64,000 nt of DNA from Vitrella brassicaformis CCMP3155 (Eukaryota; Protista; Chromerida). The notes beneath the pieces are model-generated. The model worked only from the letters and a program-made list of their open reading frames with translations, searched no databases and was not told the DNA's origin. Location: positions 1-64,000 of the forward strand of contig CDMY01000603.1 of the NCBI GenBank assembly GCA_001179505.1, given 5' to 3'. Position numbers and translations under genes: made by a program. Numbering within the stretch: position 1 is the first letter of the stretch; the number at the start of each line of letters is the position of its first letter. Shown here in pieces: positions 1 to 11,110 of this stretch.

Positions 1-3000
1 ACAGCCGCGCGGAGGCGGCCGCTCTTGGCACCGTATCGGAGGAGGAAGGTCTGCCAGAAGTTCGCATCGCCACCGGGGTGCTTAGGGGTGTGTGAGTGAT
101 GTGAGGGGTGCATCCATCTGTGAATGCATTGGAATAGTGTCCTGGGCCTTGAGGTGGATGAGGATGGGGCGGCTGGTGAGCGGGAGCACGAGCATCACCA
201 CAAGAGCAAGAACAAGACGGACAGAGACTCAGGTCATCCCGACGGCTGGAAGAGGCTGTTCAAAGAGGAGCTCAAAGTCAAGCCAATCAACGGCACAGAG
301 AACGTCTCGCGTACGTCACGTGCGAACCACACACACCACACACAGACACACACACACACACAGAGCGACCAATTTGTTGTGTCCATGCCCGCCTGCAATG
401 CAGCCAAGCCGTCGCCGGGCCCGGTGGCCATCATCAACAGCCTCGACCTGGAGAACTCCATCAGGATGTTTGGCATTCTCGCCACTCCACCCGACCCAGT
501 TGGCGCCGTCGGGCCAAAAAGCATCCTCACCGCAACCAACACCGGACTCGTCTTGCAGGAACCCAAAAACGGCAAACTGGTCAGTCAGTCAGTCAGTCGG
601 CCCTTGTGGATGGATGGATACGGATGCTTGGCTTGCTTGGTGTGTGTATGGTATGTCCTCCCTCTCTCAGATAGCCGCTGAGCGTCCGCGTGAGTTTTTC
701 CTGCCGGTGACAGTGGGTGACGGCCGCAAGTTCCCTCTTGACGTGCCGGGCGAGTTGGAGGAGGTGGCCATCTTCTTCTCGCCCGTCGCGCAGTTCGACC
801 CCAACAGTGGCCACTTCTTTGTTGGCTACCTCTTCAACCAGTGCGAGCAGGTCATCGCCGTCTCCAAAACCAGTGAGCCCAAGTCTTTCACGCCAAAGGA
901 CTGGCTCATTGCACGATTCCCGGTGAGTGAGCATCCAGAACGCTGGCAGGCAGGCAGGCAGGCAGGGATGTTTGTGCGTTGTGTTTATGTCTGTGGTCAC
1001 TCAGATTGACGATCGGGAGCCGAGCACGATTTTCGAGGGCGCGCTAGCGGCCTTCGATCCGCCGGTCAACCGCACCATAACCGGTGCGATCCTCTCCCAG
1101 GTGCTGGCGGAAGTGTTTGGGCTCGGCCCCGACTCTGGCGAGTGCAAGCCAACCTTCTTCCTCTCTCACAACTCGCTCGGGGTCTCGTCAACACTCGTGG
1201 GATTCGCCTACAACGCATTCGCCTCTTTCGGTAGGCAGGGACACAACGACGAAACGCACCCCGACCACATGCGTGTGTGTGAGTGCGCTCTCTCTCTCTC
1301 TATGTGTGTGTGCGTGCGTGTGTATGTATGTATGTGTCACAGACCCGAGTCTGCTGATAGGCAGCCGCAGCATCTTTTTCGCGTTCGACAACGTGGAGTC
1401 GGTAGAAGATTTCGAGGCCTTCTTCGCTCCGTAAGCTCACTCACTCATCCAGCGGAGGGGATGTATAGAGCAGAGCAGAACAGCCATCGTGTCTTGTCGT
1501 GTCATGTGGTGTGTTGTCTGTCTTCCGGTCAGGGGCGAGGCGACCCCAGCCGACATCCTGACGCCAGGGATAACGGAGCCAGGCCCCCTCGAGCTGGAGG
1601 ACCTCTTCGACGCATCTATTGAGATTGTCGACAGCATTGGCTCTCTCTCACTGGTCCCATATGTGCAAGCCCCTGAGGATGAGGAGGTGCTGCTGGGACC
1701 AGTCGGCTCCGACCTGTTCGCCAGTTTTGACACTTCGGCCGATGAGGAGGAGGATGGTGGCGTGTCGCTGCTGCAGCAGGCCGCGTCAGACCTGGCGGGG
1801 TCTTTTCTCTACGGCTTCACCAACAGAGGACCGGGTATGGGACGGCGACAGACAGACAGACCCGCTGCATACATCCTCCGTCTCGTGTTATGTCTGCCCC
1901 ACCAACAGGAACATCTGGTGCGCAGCTCAACACGCCTCTGAACGGCATCTTCACACCCCTCGCGGCCTTCAGCCGGAGAACTTTCTCAACAGCAGCGACA
2001 TAGCGCGGGAGGCCGCCTTCAGGCGCATCGCAGACCCAAACGAGACCTTTGGGCTCGAGGATTCCATCGCCACAGAATTCGACGCATTCGACGGCCTACA
2101 GACGCTGTTCGTGCTCAAGCAGCTGCTGCTGACCTCTCTGCAGAGCGGGATTATCACTCTGGGGCGCAACACATACTTCCCAGTAGGCACACAGCGAGCA
2201 TGGTTGTAGCTACTGGGAATGCGATTCAGCCCGCCGGTCATGCGATGCGATGCGTTGTGTGTGCATTTCAGTCGGTAGAGTTTGACGAGCCTGACGAGGA
2301 TATGGCGGGCAGCCAACTGGGGGGCTTCCAAATAAACCTAGGTGATGACATCCTCCAGGTACGTACCTACCTCCAGACAGACAGACAGACAGACTGCCTG
2401 GTCAATCCGATTGACACACCCGCAGAAACAGGCAGTGCAGTGCACTCAGTGTGGATGGCATGGCATGTCATGTCATGTCATGTGTGTGACTCGCTCGGGC
2501 TGGGTAGGCCTGCCGTCAGACTGAGAAGCTGATTGTGTGCGCGTGGACGGGGTTCAGGACCATCAAAGACGCGAGCCTCGGTACGTTTGTACGCGCGTAG
2601 GTGAGATACGCAGACGCACGTGTACGTGCAGCTGTGCTCATGTGTGTTGATTGATAATCATTATATATAGACAAGCGTTGTCAGCAGGCCTTCATAGCGT
2701 ACGCGCAGCTGGACGTCTTCACCCTCTTCTCCCGTGCCTTTGACGCCCTCGTGCCGCCCCCGCCACAGACATCACTCACACCCATCGTCGTCCCGTCACG
2801 GCTCACACGAGCCATACTGGTTCGTATGCACATGTATGATACATACGTGTGGGAAAAGGTCTCATGCATCTCCCTGTCTCTCTGTGTTGTGTTGTGTGCT
2901 GCCGCCCAAGGGGTGGGACTTTGCCTTTCCGTCGGTGGCAGCGACGCCCCAGGGGGATGTGCTGGTCGGCTTCCAGGCGTTCGACAGGGCGGGCTTCCCC

Positions 3001-3711
3001 TCAGCCGCCTACGTCTTTAAGCCAGCCGACTGTCCCGACTTTGACCTGCCCGTCATCTACAAGGTAGCATATGGGAGCCAGGCAGGGTGTGTTGTGTGTA
3101 AATTGGTGTGGTGCACACAACCAGGCAGGGGAGGCGCCGTACTTCCGTCCAACGCAGCAGGAGGAGAAGACCGACAAACCCCGGGTGTCATCCTGGTTTG
3201 AAAAGAGCATGGCCATGCATGGATGTCAAGAACGCGCCAGTCCATGTGTGTGTCTTTCCATCCGTCTATTTATCTGTCCTAAGGGGGTTCGGTTCGTCCA
3301 CTGTCAACGATATACTCGACCCCCAGTGCCTCTGGACAGTCCAGGCAAGCCCCTCCCCCCCACCTCCTCTGCACCAGAGAGGGACGCCACGAGCGTGTGT
3401 CCATTTCTGTCTGTCTGTCTGTCTTGCTGTCTGTCTTGCTGTGTGTGTGCTGGTCCTCTATGTCAGCCGTACGCCAAAGTGCCGGGTCCTCTGACGAATG
3501 GCGTCTTACTTCCGCCGGGATTCGGCAACTGGGGGCTCGCATGGGCCAAGGTACGCTTGGCGGGAGGGAGGCTCAATGGATGGATGGATGGATGCTTTCG
3601 GTGATCGGCCGATCGGTGTGTGGGTGGATGGGATGGCCACATCGCCTTCATCTCATCTGTCTCTCTCAGGTGTGCGTGCCCCTGGGTGCTTTCGTGCGCG
3701 GCGTCGCCTGA
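1..3711 (+). CDS. 5'-truncated multi-exon gene for a protein of a bacterial-type family (PPDxxGAVGP ... FPSVA ... WG motifs), function unknown
   Basis: Spliced translation contains TPPDPVGAVGPKSILTATN, AQFDPNSGHFFV, WDFAFPSVAATPQGDVLVGF, GEAPYFRP, WGFGSSTVNDILDPQCLWTVQ-PYA and GNWGLAWAKV. Phases were traced for the last exons; one GC-AG intron (3345-3466) is required. Stop TGA 3709-3711. Confidence 0.7.
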
Positions 3712-4883
3712 AGCGCCAGGAGGCCATCAGACGGAGAAGGCGGCTCAAACGAGCTGCTAACCAAAGGAACACCGACAAAGCCAAAGGCAAGAAGACCAAC
3801 GGAGAGAAGACCGGCAGCAGCAGGGCAGCGGCAGCCCCGGCAAAGAAGAGAAAGAAGGTGGTCAAGAGGTCGGCCGGGAGTGTGGACCACCCACCGTTAG
3901 ACAGCGATGAGTGGTTGGCGGCCCAGTTTGCGAGGCTGCTGGGTGGGCAGAATAGGCGGCTGGGGCTGCAGGCCGTGTTGGGTAACAAGAGGGCGGGCCA
4001 GATAGAAGAGTTCCTGCAGCGAAGGGACATGTAGACGTGCAGCTAGATGAGATGTTCCTGCGGCGTGGCGGTCATCGCTTGTGTGTGGACCACAGCCAGC
4101 TGAATCCTTCTCTCACTTCGATTGATTTGATTGGAGTAGGCCATCTGTCTGTCTGTCTGTCTGTATTTGTCTGTCTGCGCATTGTGTATCTGTTCTGTAT
4201 GTGTCTATCGGCCATGATCAGATCAGTGTGTCTGTCTGGCTTATTGTCGGTCATAACTAAATAGCTAGGTCGTTGTTTGGTCAGATGAGTAAATAGAAAT
4301 GGAGAGAGACATGTGATGTGTGTGTGTGTGTGTGTGAGTGGGTGCGTATGTGCACGTCTGTCTGTCTACTCGGTTTATTCGTCTGCTCGGTGGGCTCGTC
4401 AGTTGTGCATGTGAGTGTGTATGAGAGAGGAAGACGCTTACTGAGGCATACACACGTGGCCGACGAATGTCTCAAATAACCAACACACACGGGGGAAATC
4501 TATGACACCTATGACCGATGTTCGTCGCAAACAAGTAGAAAGCCCAGCGAATCCCTTCCCGTCTAGCGCTGGTGGACGACGTGTAGGAAGACACGAAAGG
4601 GCCCCATTGCCGACTGACATTGCCCTCCATTACACACATGTGAAATGTGAAGTGCGTGAGAAGAAAAGAACACGGTCGATAAACACAATGGGCACGCCGC
4701 ACCGCACAGGCTGTGCAGGGCCTGACCTACCTATCACACCACACCCATCACTGTCTGTCTGTCTGTCTGTCTGTCTGCACAAGTACTTGAAGCATCGCCT
4801 GACCTGACCTTGTCCACGTATGTGGACGTAATGTATTTACTCTACAACACAGCACAGCACAGCACCCCTATCTGTCTGTCTGT

Positions 4884-7325
4884 CTATGACCCCACCCACA
4901 CCCACTGCTCATCCTTCATCTCCTCACTGGCCTTTTCCACCCCCTTGGCACCCTCACCCTGCTCCTCAATCAGCTCCTCCAAATGGTCCTCACCCACCGG
5001 CCATATCTGCACCTGAACCGCCTCGCGACGGCTCGGCAGCGGACGACCCCCCCCACCCCCACCAGGTTTGTGCATCACATGTCGCATCAACCACCGCCAA
5101 GACGCCTTGCACACCCGAACTATGTAGCGCGGGATGCGCAGAAGGAAGCCCAGAACGTGTGGGCGTCTCTTGGCGGGCTGCGACGGCTCTTCCGTCTCGA
5201 CAAAGAGCTCGTCACTCTCGGACAAGGTGAGAGTGAAGCGCTCGAGCCGCTCAGTGCGCCGCTTCGACTTGGTCTTTGTGACGGGTTTGGAGTAGATGAG
5301 CAGCAGGTTGGGGTCGTCGGTGCTCTCTTCAATGTGGATGGTGTGGGGTCGTCTTCGTGAGGGGTTCTTGTGGGTGCATGAGATGTGCAGGCCGCGCGGG
5401 TAGTGCAGCGGCCGGTTCACGTACACGATCGTCGGGTGAGACGACTGAATCGAATGGTCTGAATGAACCGACAAACAAACAAACAAACAAACAAACAAGG
5501 GGGACAGGACAGGCAGGGGGGCAGGCAATGCGCATGGCCGCATGCATAGACACCACACCCATGGGTTGGGTGTGGACTGACTGGGGTGGTCACTGAAGCT
5601 CACCTGGGAACCAGGTGAAGGTGAAGTGGCCGTTGACCGGACTGAAGTGGTAACTGGAGATCTCCTGAACCAACCACGTGTACACACGCCAATGTGTGCG
5701 TATCCATCTGACTTCATAGACCCCCCCTCTCTCTCTGTCCGCCTCACTCACTCACTCACTCAGTCACTCACTCACCCCGGCCGTGCGCATGGGATATGTG
5801 CGTGAGAGGTATTTCAGTTTGAGCTCCTCCAGCTGCCCGCGCTCGTCGTAGAAGCCCTGGCGGCTCTCTTGGGTTGTGAAGTCATTGAAGTACTTATATG
5901 CCTACGTCCAGATGGCCATCGATCGCCGTCATCCGTACTTATGTGTGAGAGCGTTTTTGTGTTGGTTCACCCACCCAGTATGCCCAGGACATCCCACGCT
6001 CGTCGGCCATGTCTAGCAGAGGCGACACCATCTCCAGTGCAGCGGCCGTCCCGCGGACGGCACCAAACTCTGTCTGCAAGACACACACACACACACACAG
6101 AGGCATGATTGTGTCTGTCTGTCTGTCCCTTGCTCGCTCCCTCACCATGAATCCCGCGCTGAGTCCCTTGCCGGTGGCTTTGTAACCGATCTTCTTGAGG
6201 TCCTGCTCCACGCCATCGACCAAGATGTCCTGAAGTGAATGAATGAGACAAAGGAACAAACTGATGAGTCAGTCCATCACCACGTGGATTGGCAATAGTC
6301 AGATAGATGTACACACCGACCCAGGCAAGGTCGCAGGCGAACTGCTGGAACCGGCTGGGGGAGTCACCCGACGGCAGGCAATACACATGAAACGCATAAC
6401 TGGACCCGACATCCTGACAACAACACGAGGAAAGAGACACACACACGGGGCAAGAGGGTGCTTTGTTTGTCTGTGGATTTATGGATTTATGTGTGTGTGG
6501 CGCACGTCGTCGGTCAGGTTGAGAGGATTTTTCTCAAAGCCACAGTGAATGGAGCTGATGAACTTCTCAAACATGAGAATGTGGGCCCCATCCTCCTCAC
6601 GCACGGCCCTGGCTGCGTGTTGGTAGAGCGGGGTCAGATGCAGGCGGTCAGCACGGGCGGCGTCGTAGACAAGCCATGGATGCTCGTACACCGACCCGCC
6701 CCAGGGCTCGTTGATCAGCTCATACGCCAGCACACCCGGCTCGTCCTTGAGTGCACGGGCGATCTGCCGCCAGAACGATGCGAAAGAGTCTCGGATGCCC
6801 GAGCGGTTGTCGTAGAGGGCCTGGAAGAAGGTGTTGACCTGCACAGATGCACAAACCACACAAACACACACGTGTGATGGATTGATGACACACGCGGATG
6901 GTCTGTCTCTACCCGTGATACCTACTTGATAGGTCAGATAGTATAAAAAAAATGGCCGCGACAGGCATTGTTCCATGGATGGCAGATCGGCCGGGTGGTC
7001 GTACGGCCGACCTATGGGCTCCGGAAAGCGTGGGAGGCCCTGGAAGATGCCCTCTGCGTGCAGCTGGGTGTAGACGTGCGACGGGAAGCCCTCGCCGCAC
7101 ATCTGCGGCAAGGCCAGATCTACAGCAGAGCAGAGCCACTTGTATGGTAGGCATCCACTTGCCATCTCTCTGTGTGTGGTTTGCTGCATGGCATGGCCCC
7201 CCCCACCTTGGTGCACATCGATGATGGTGTGGATGCCATGTGCGGCCAGCTCCCGCACGAGAGCCTTCACTTGCGACAGGTACGTCGTGTTGTAGTCACC
7301 CAGCGATGGCTCAATGCCTGCTCAC

Positions 7326-7356
<31 letters not shown>

Positions 7357-7864
7357 TCGATGTGGCTGCCCCTTTCTCTGTGTGTGTGTCGGTTCGGTGC
7401 GCTCTCCCACTCTACTCGCCCACCTGGCCACATGGCCCCCAGCCTGATGACATTGAAGCCCCACTGTTTGAGCTTGTCGATATCATCGCGCCCGAATGAC
7501 AGCTGCGCGTCGAATGGCTCGTAGGGCGGCAGCCAGGGAGGCTCCTTGAAGACCACATTCACGCCATGGAAAATCACTGAAGGAAACGTACAAACACCAC
7601 CGCGCAGAACGGCATGTGTGTGAATCCATTATCACTCAGATCCATCAGATAGGTCCATGCATTCATTCATTCCTGCACTGTGCCGCCTGGCTGGCTGGCT
7701 GGATGCGATGCATGTGATTCACCAGTGCGATTGGCAGCATCCACGTAGCGGCCTCGGTCTTGCTGACTGTGGAGGCGGATCCAGTCAACTGATGCATCTG
7801 CAATCGGGTGAGAGGCCGAAAAGATCGCCAAGATGAGGAGGGTGGCGATGAGAAGCCTTCTCAT
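4884..7864 (-). CDS. Secreted glycoside hydrolase family 5, endoglycoceramidase-like
   Basis: ATG 7864 with hydrophobic signal peptide MRRLLIATLLILAIFSA. Motifs IFHGVNVVFK, WGFNVIRLGAMWPG, IIDVHQ, YELINEP (acid/base Glu), TEFG (nucleophile Glu), SWAYW and C-terminal RTYP...YVNRPLHYPRG. Stop TAG 4884-4886. Confidence 0.88.
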
Positions 7865-7952
7865 AGGTGCGATAACACACTGCAACGACGCCTTGAAGCT
7901 CGCAAGGGTCCAGGGTTTCGCAAACCCTGCCCCCTCCAATACTTGTAGGACC
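7865..7952. promoter_or_regulatory. Putative bidirectional promoter (GH5 gene / 96-aa gene)
   Basis: 88 bp between divergent ATGs; contains AAGCTCGCA at 7896-7904. Confidence 0.6.
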
Positions 7953-8321
7953 ATGTCGACGACTGTGCTTCGTCGTGTGGCGCTGCCGTCGAATCTGCGT
8001 GTGTATGAGCTGGAGAAGTTCTACAGGCGGAGCCCCGTCACGCAGCCGGGGCAGTTGGTGGACCTCTCACACAAGCAAAAGTCACTCACTGAGGCGCTCG
8101 CATCATGCGCCGTCAAGGCCGACTTCCTGCAGGTGCCTACGCGTGGCATCAAGACAGGCAGCCAACATGCTCATTATCTCATCTGCTGTGCTGTGTGTGC
8201 GCGTGTCCAGGTTGACACATTGAAGGGTGTGGTGGTGAACACCAAGCTGACGTCCAAGCATGTAGATCCGCACTTCGCCAGCTACCTCCAGGACCTACTT
8301 GCAGCACATGGCGCTAAGTGA
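7953..8321 (+). CDS. Small 96-aa protein of unknown function, 2 exons (7953-8132, 8211-8321)
   Basis: ATG 7953, canonical GT-AG intron 8133-8210, GC3-rich codons, stop TGA 8319-8321. Confidence 0.7.
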   Translation: MSTTVLRRVALPSNLRVYELEKFYRRSPVTQPGQLVDLSHKQKSLTEALASCAVKADFLQVPTRGIKTGSQHAHYLICCAVCARVQVDTLKGVVVNTKLTSKHVDPHFASYLQDLLAAHGAK

Positions 8322-8826
8322 AGTGAATGAAGATGACGATACGAAGAGGGAGAAGGAAGCGGTTGACAGCTGGTCGGTCTCGTGCTTTGTTTCTTGTCCG
8401 TTTTGAGTGAGTGCAGCAATGTCTGACGGCTGCATGAGTGTGCGAGACCCGTGGATGAGTGATTGCGTTGCGTTGAACTGCTCCATGATTCATGCTCACA
8501 TACACAGATCATTCAAATGATGGTGTCTTGTCACACACACATACACACATGCACGCACCCGTTGGTTCACTGACAGCTATCCGATCCGGCTATGAATGAT
8601 CCGATCCGTGTGCAACCAACGGTCACATCACATCCACCGCACCGCAGCCACACCACTCGACAGCCACGCACCGCACATCACATGATACGGGTGCCGAAAC
8701 ACACACACACACCACACACGGCGCTCGCTCGCTCGTGACGTGGCCGGCGGCACAGGGAAGTGAGGTGAGGTGAGGTGAGGTGGCGGAGATGAGGCCGTTT
8801 GTTGGCTGTTTGGTTTGTTGGTTGGT

Positions 8827-9668
8827 TTACTTCTTCTTCTTTCCTCCTGTGACCTTGGACTTCTCCTTGCCGCGGACCTTCTTCTTTCTGTTCTTGAGCT
8901 CCTTCTTGGCGCGACGACCGCCACGCTCGACCTTGGGCTCGATACCAAACTAACAAGACACACAGACACCACCAACGGCAGGCACACATCACCCAGCCGT
9001 CACCCCATATATGGATGGCTATGCTATACGTCTCATCTGTGTCGTGTGTGCGACGTGTGTGTTGGCGTACCCGGACGAGTCTGTACTTCTGTTCGTATTT
9101 CTTGACGGCGGCGATGTTGTTGTAGATGAGTCCGAATCCGGTGGACCTCCCCCCGCCGAAGGCGGTCTTGAAGCCGAAGAGGATGACGCACTGGGGGTCC
9201 TTGATGTTGAGCTTGCTGTCCTTGGCAATCCGCTCACGCAGGTCGTTCTTGGACACGTTCGGACGGTTCGGGTGAATCACATCCACACACTGCAGGCAGC
9301 CAGGGACACACAAACAGCACACACAAAAAGCAAGAGACGAATACAGAAGGAAGGTGGGGGATGCAGACAGACAGGCAGGCGTGTGCGTGTGTGATCCTCT
9401 CTCTCTCTGTCTGATCTATAGCACTGCGGTACGTACGAAAGGTGCCCTTCGCTACCCTTGCCTGCCTCACCCACAGATCTCTGCCCCACCCTCTGATCGT
9501 CCTCTCTCTTCCGCCCTCCCGCCTCCGCCTCTCCTCCTCTGGCCTGTCTGCGTGTCGTGCGTCGTGCTGTGCCTCAACGGAGTGCCTTGTGCTTACGAAT
9601 TGCTTTCTCTGGAGGAGCGGGTTGTCCATAAACCGCCGAATCCGCAGATTGAAGCTCTCGCCCGACAT
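8827..9668 (-). CDS. RPS24: 40S ribosomal protein S24 (eS24), 3 exons
   Basis: MSGESFNLRIRRFMDNPLLQRKQF / CVDVIHPNRPNVSK...FGFKTAFGGGRSTGFGLIY...YRLVR / basic tail ending GGKKKK; stop TAA 8827-8829. Confidence 0.97.
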
Positions 9669-9848
9669 GGTGGACCGTCACACGGTAGCTCACAGGCCAC
9701 AAGGACGCCAATGCGCTGCGAGTGGGTGCGAGCTAATTCAGCAAGCTCGCAGACGAAATGCAAGCTCGCAGATTGTGCCGTGTCGTTAAGGTCGAGAGCG
9801 TTGAGTGGTGTGCGTGCGTGTAGCGCGTGAGCGTGTGCAGCGTCCAAG
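9669..9848. promoter_or_regulatory. Putative bidirectional promoter shared by RPS24 and RPS29
   Basis: 180 bp between divergent ATGs; direct repeat GCAAGCTCGCAGA at 9741-9753 and 9760-9772, plus an inverted near-copy TGCGAGCTA at 9727-9735. Confidence 0.7.
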
Positions 9849-10312
9849 ATGGTGAATCTGATGAACACTCACCCGTCCGGCTATGGACAGGGATCTCGGC
9901 GATGGTGAGGGCCGGACGGGAGCGGACGGGACGGGAGGACAGACAGATCACACCGAGGGAGGCAAGGAGGGAGGCAAGGAGGGAGGGAGGCAGGGGAAGC
10001 CAACGGACACGACACAGCACCACAGACAGACAGACAGTCGTGAGACACGCCGCTCCCACTTGACGTGTGTTTGTCCTTTGTGTCTGTCTGTGTTCCCCCC
10101 TCTCGCTATATCAGCCGTGTGTGCAACAACCGACACGCCCTCATCCGCAAGTACAAGATCGACATCTGCCGGCAGTGCTTCCGCGAAAGGGCCACACAAA
10201 TCGGATTCCAGAAGGTACGCACGCATCTGATCTGATCGACAAACCGAACCAACCGAGCCGACACACTCTCGGGAGTGCGTCTGTCTGTTTGTTGTGTGCT
10301 TAGTATCGGTGA
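9849..10312 (+). CDS. RPS29: 40S ribosomal protein S29 (uS14), 3 exons (9849-9904, 10115-10214, 10304-10312)
   Basis: [54 protein letters not shown], with CxxC...CxxC zinc motif and a 9-nt terminal micro-exon TATCGGTGA. Confidence 0.97.
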
Positions 10313-11110
10313 TCGGCGCAATGTCAATGTGGTGGAGGGTCAGTTGTGATGACACGTGTGTGGAGTGGATGGATGGACCATGAGAGCAGCCTTGCTATGC
10401 TGCCCGTGGACGGACGCTCAGCACGTTTGTTTCAAACATGGTCTATGCGCGATTGTGTTATGTGATGTGATTGATGTGAGTGACACCCTTGTGAGAGTGT
10501 GACACTCTCTCTGTGAGTGTGACGTTGTGTAAATGAATCCAGGCGTATGTCTGCTGCCCAGCCCGTGTGTGCATTGCATTGATTGCATTCACTCATCCAT
10601 CGGCCAACCACGCAGGCAGCTGATATTGATATAAACATCCCCCATTGATTGACACACACACGGCCGAGGCCCATTACGCACGCCGCGCCACGCGACTCTG
10701 CACCACACGCGTCACAACACACGACAGGTCATGCCACGCTTGCCCGAAGCAACTGACTACTGCGCTGTGCTCAAAATAGAGAGCATCGCATCAATCCATC
10801 AAGAGAGAGAGAGAGAGAGGGAGGGAGGGAGAGGGACGCAATAGGGGAGTACACGGTGGCCTGGCCCAGCCCCACTCACTATAGAACTTCTGACCACCTT
10901 TCCTCGGTCATTCACCCTCACCACTACGCAACACAACAAGTTTGTACGAAAGGGCAAGGGAAACGCCGCACACACACACATAGGGATCGAGAAACGACAC
11001 ACACCAAAGAAAGCGGCGCTGGATGGAAAAAAACAAGAAACACACATACACAACACATGACAGCCATCGACCCACCCAGCCATCCCTCTTACACACATAG
11101 GGAGAGAGAG

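Noticed and set aside
9290-10360. Intronic snoRNAs in the ribosomal protein genes
   Set aside because: No paired C (RUGAUGA) and D (CUGA) boxes with terminal stems, and no H/ACA layout, were found on the sense strand.
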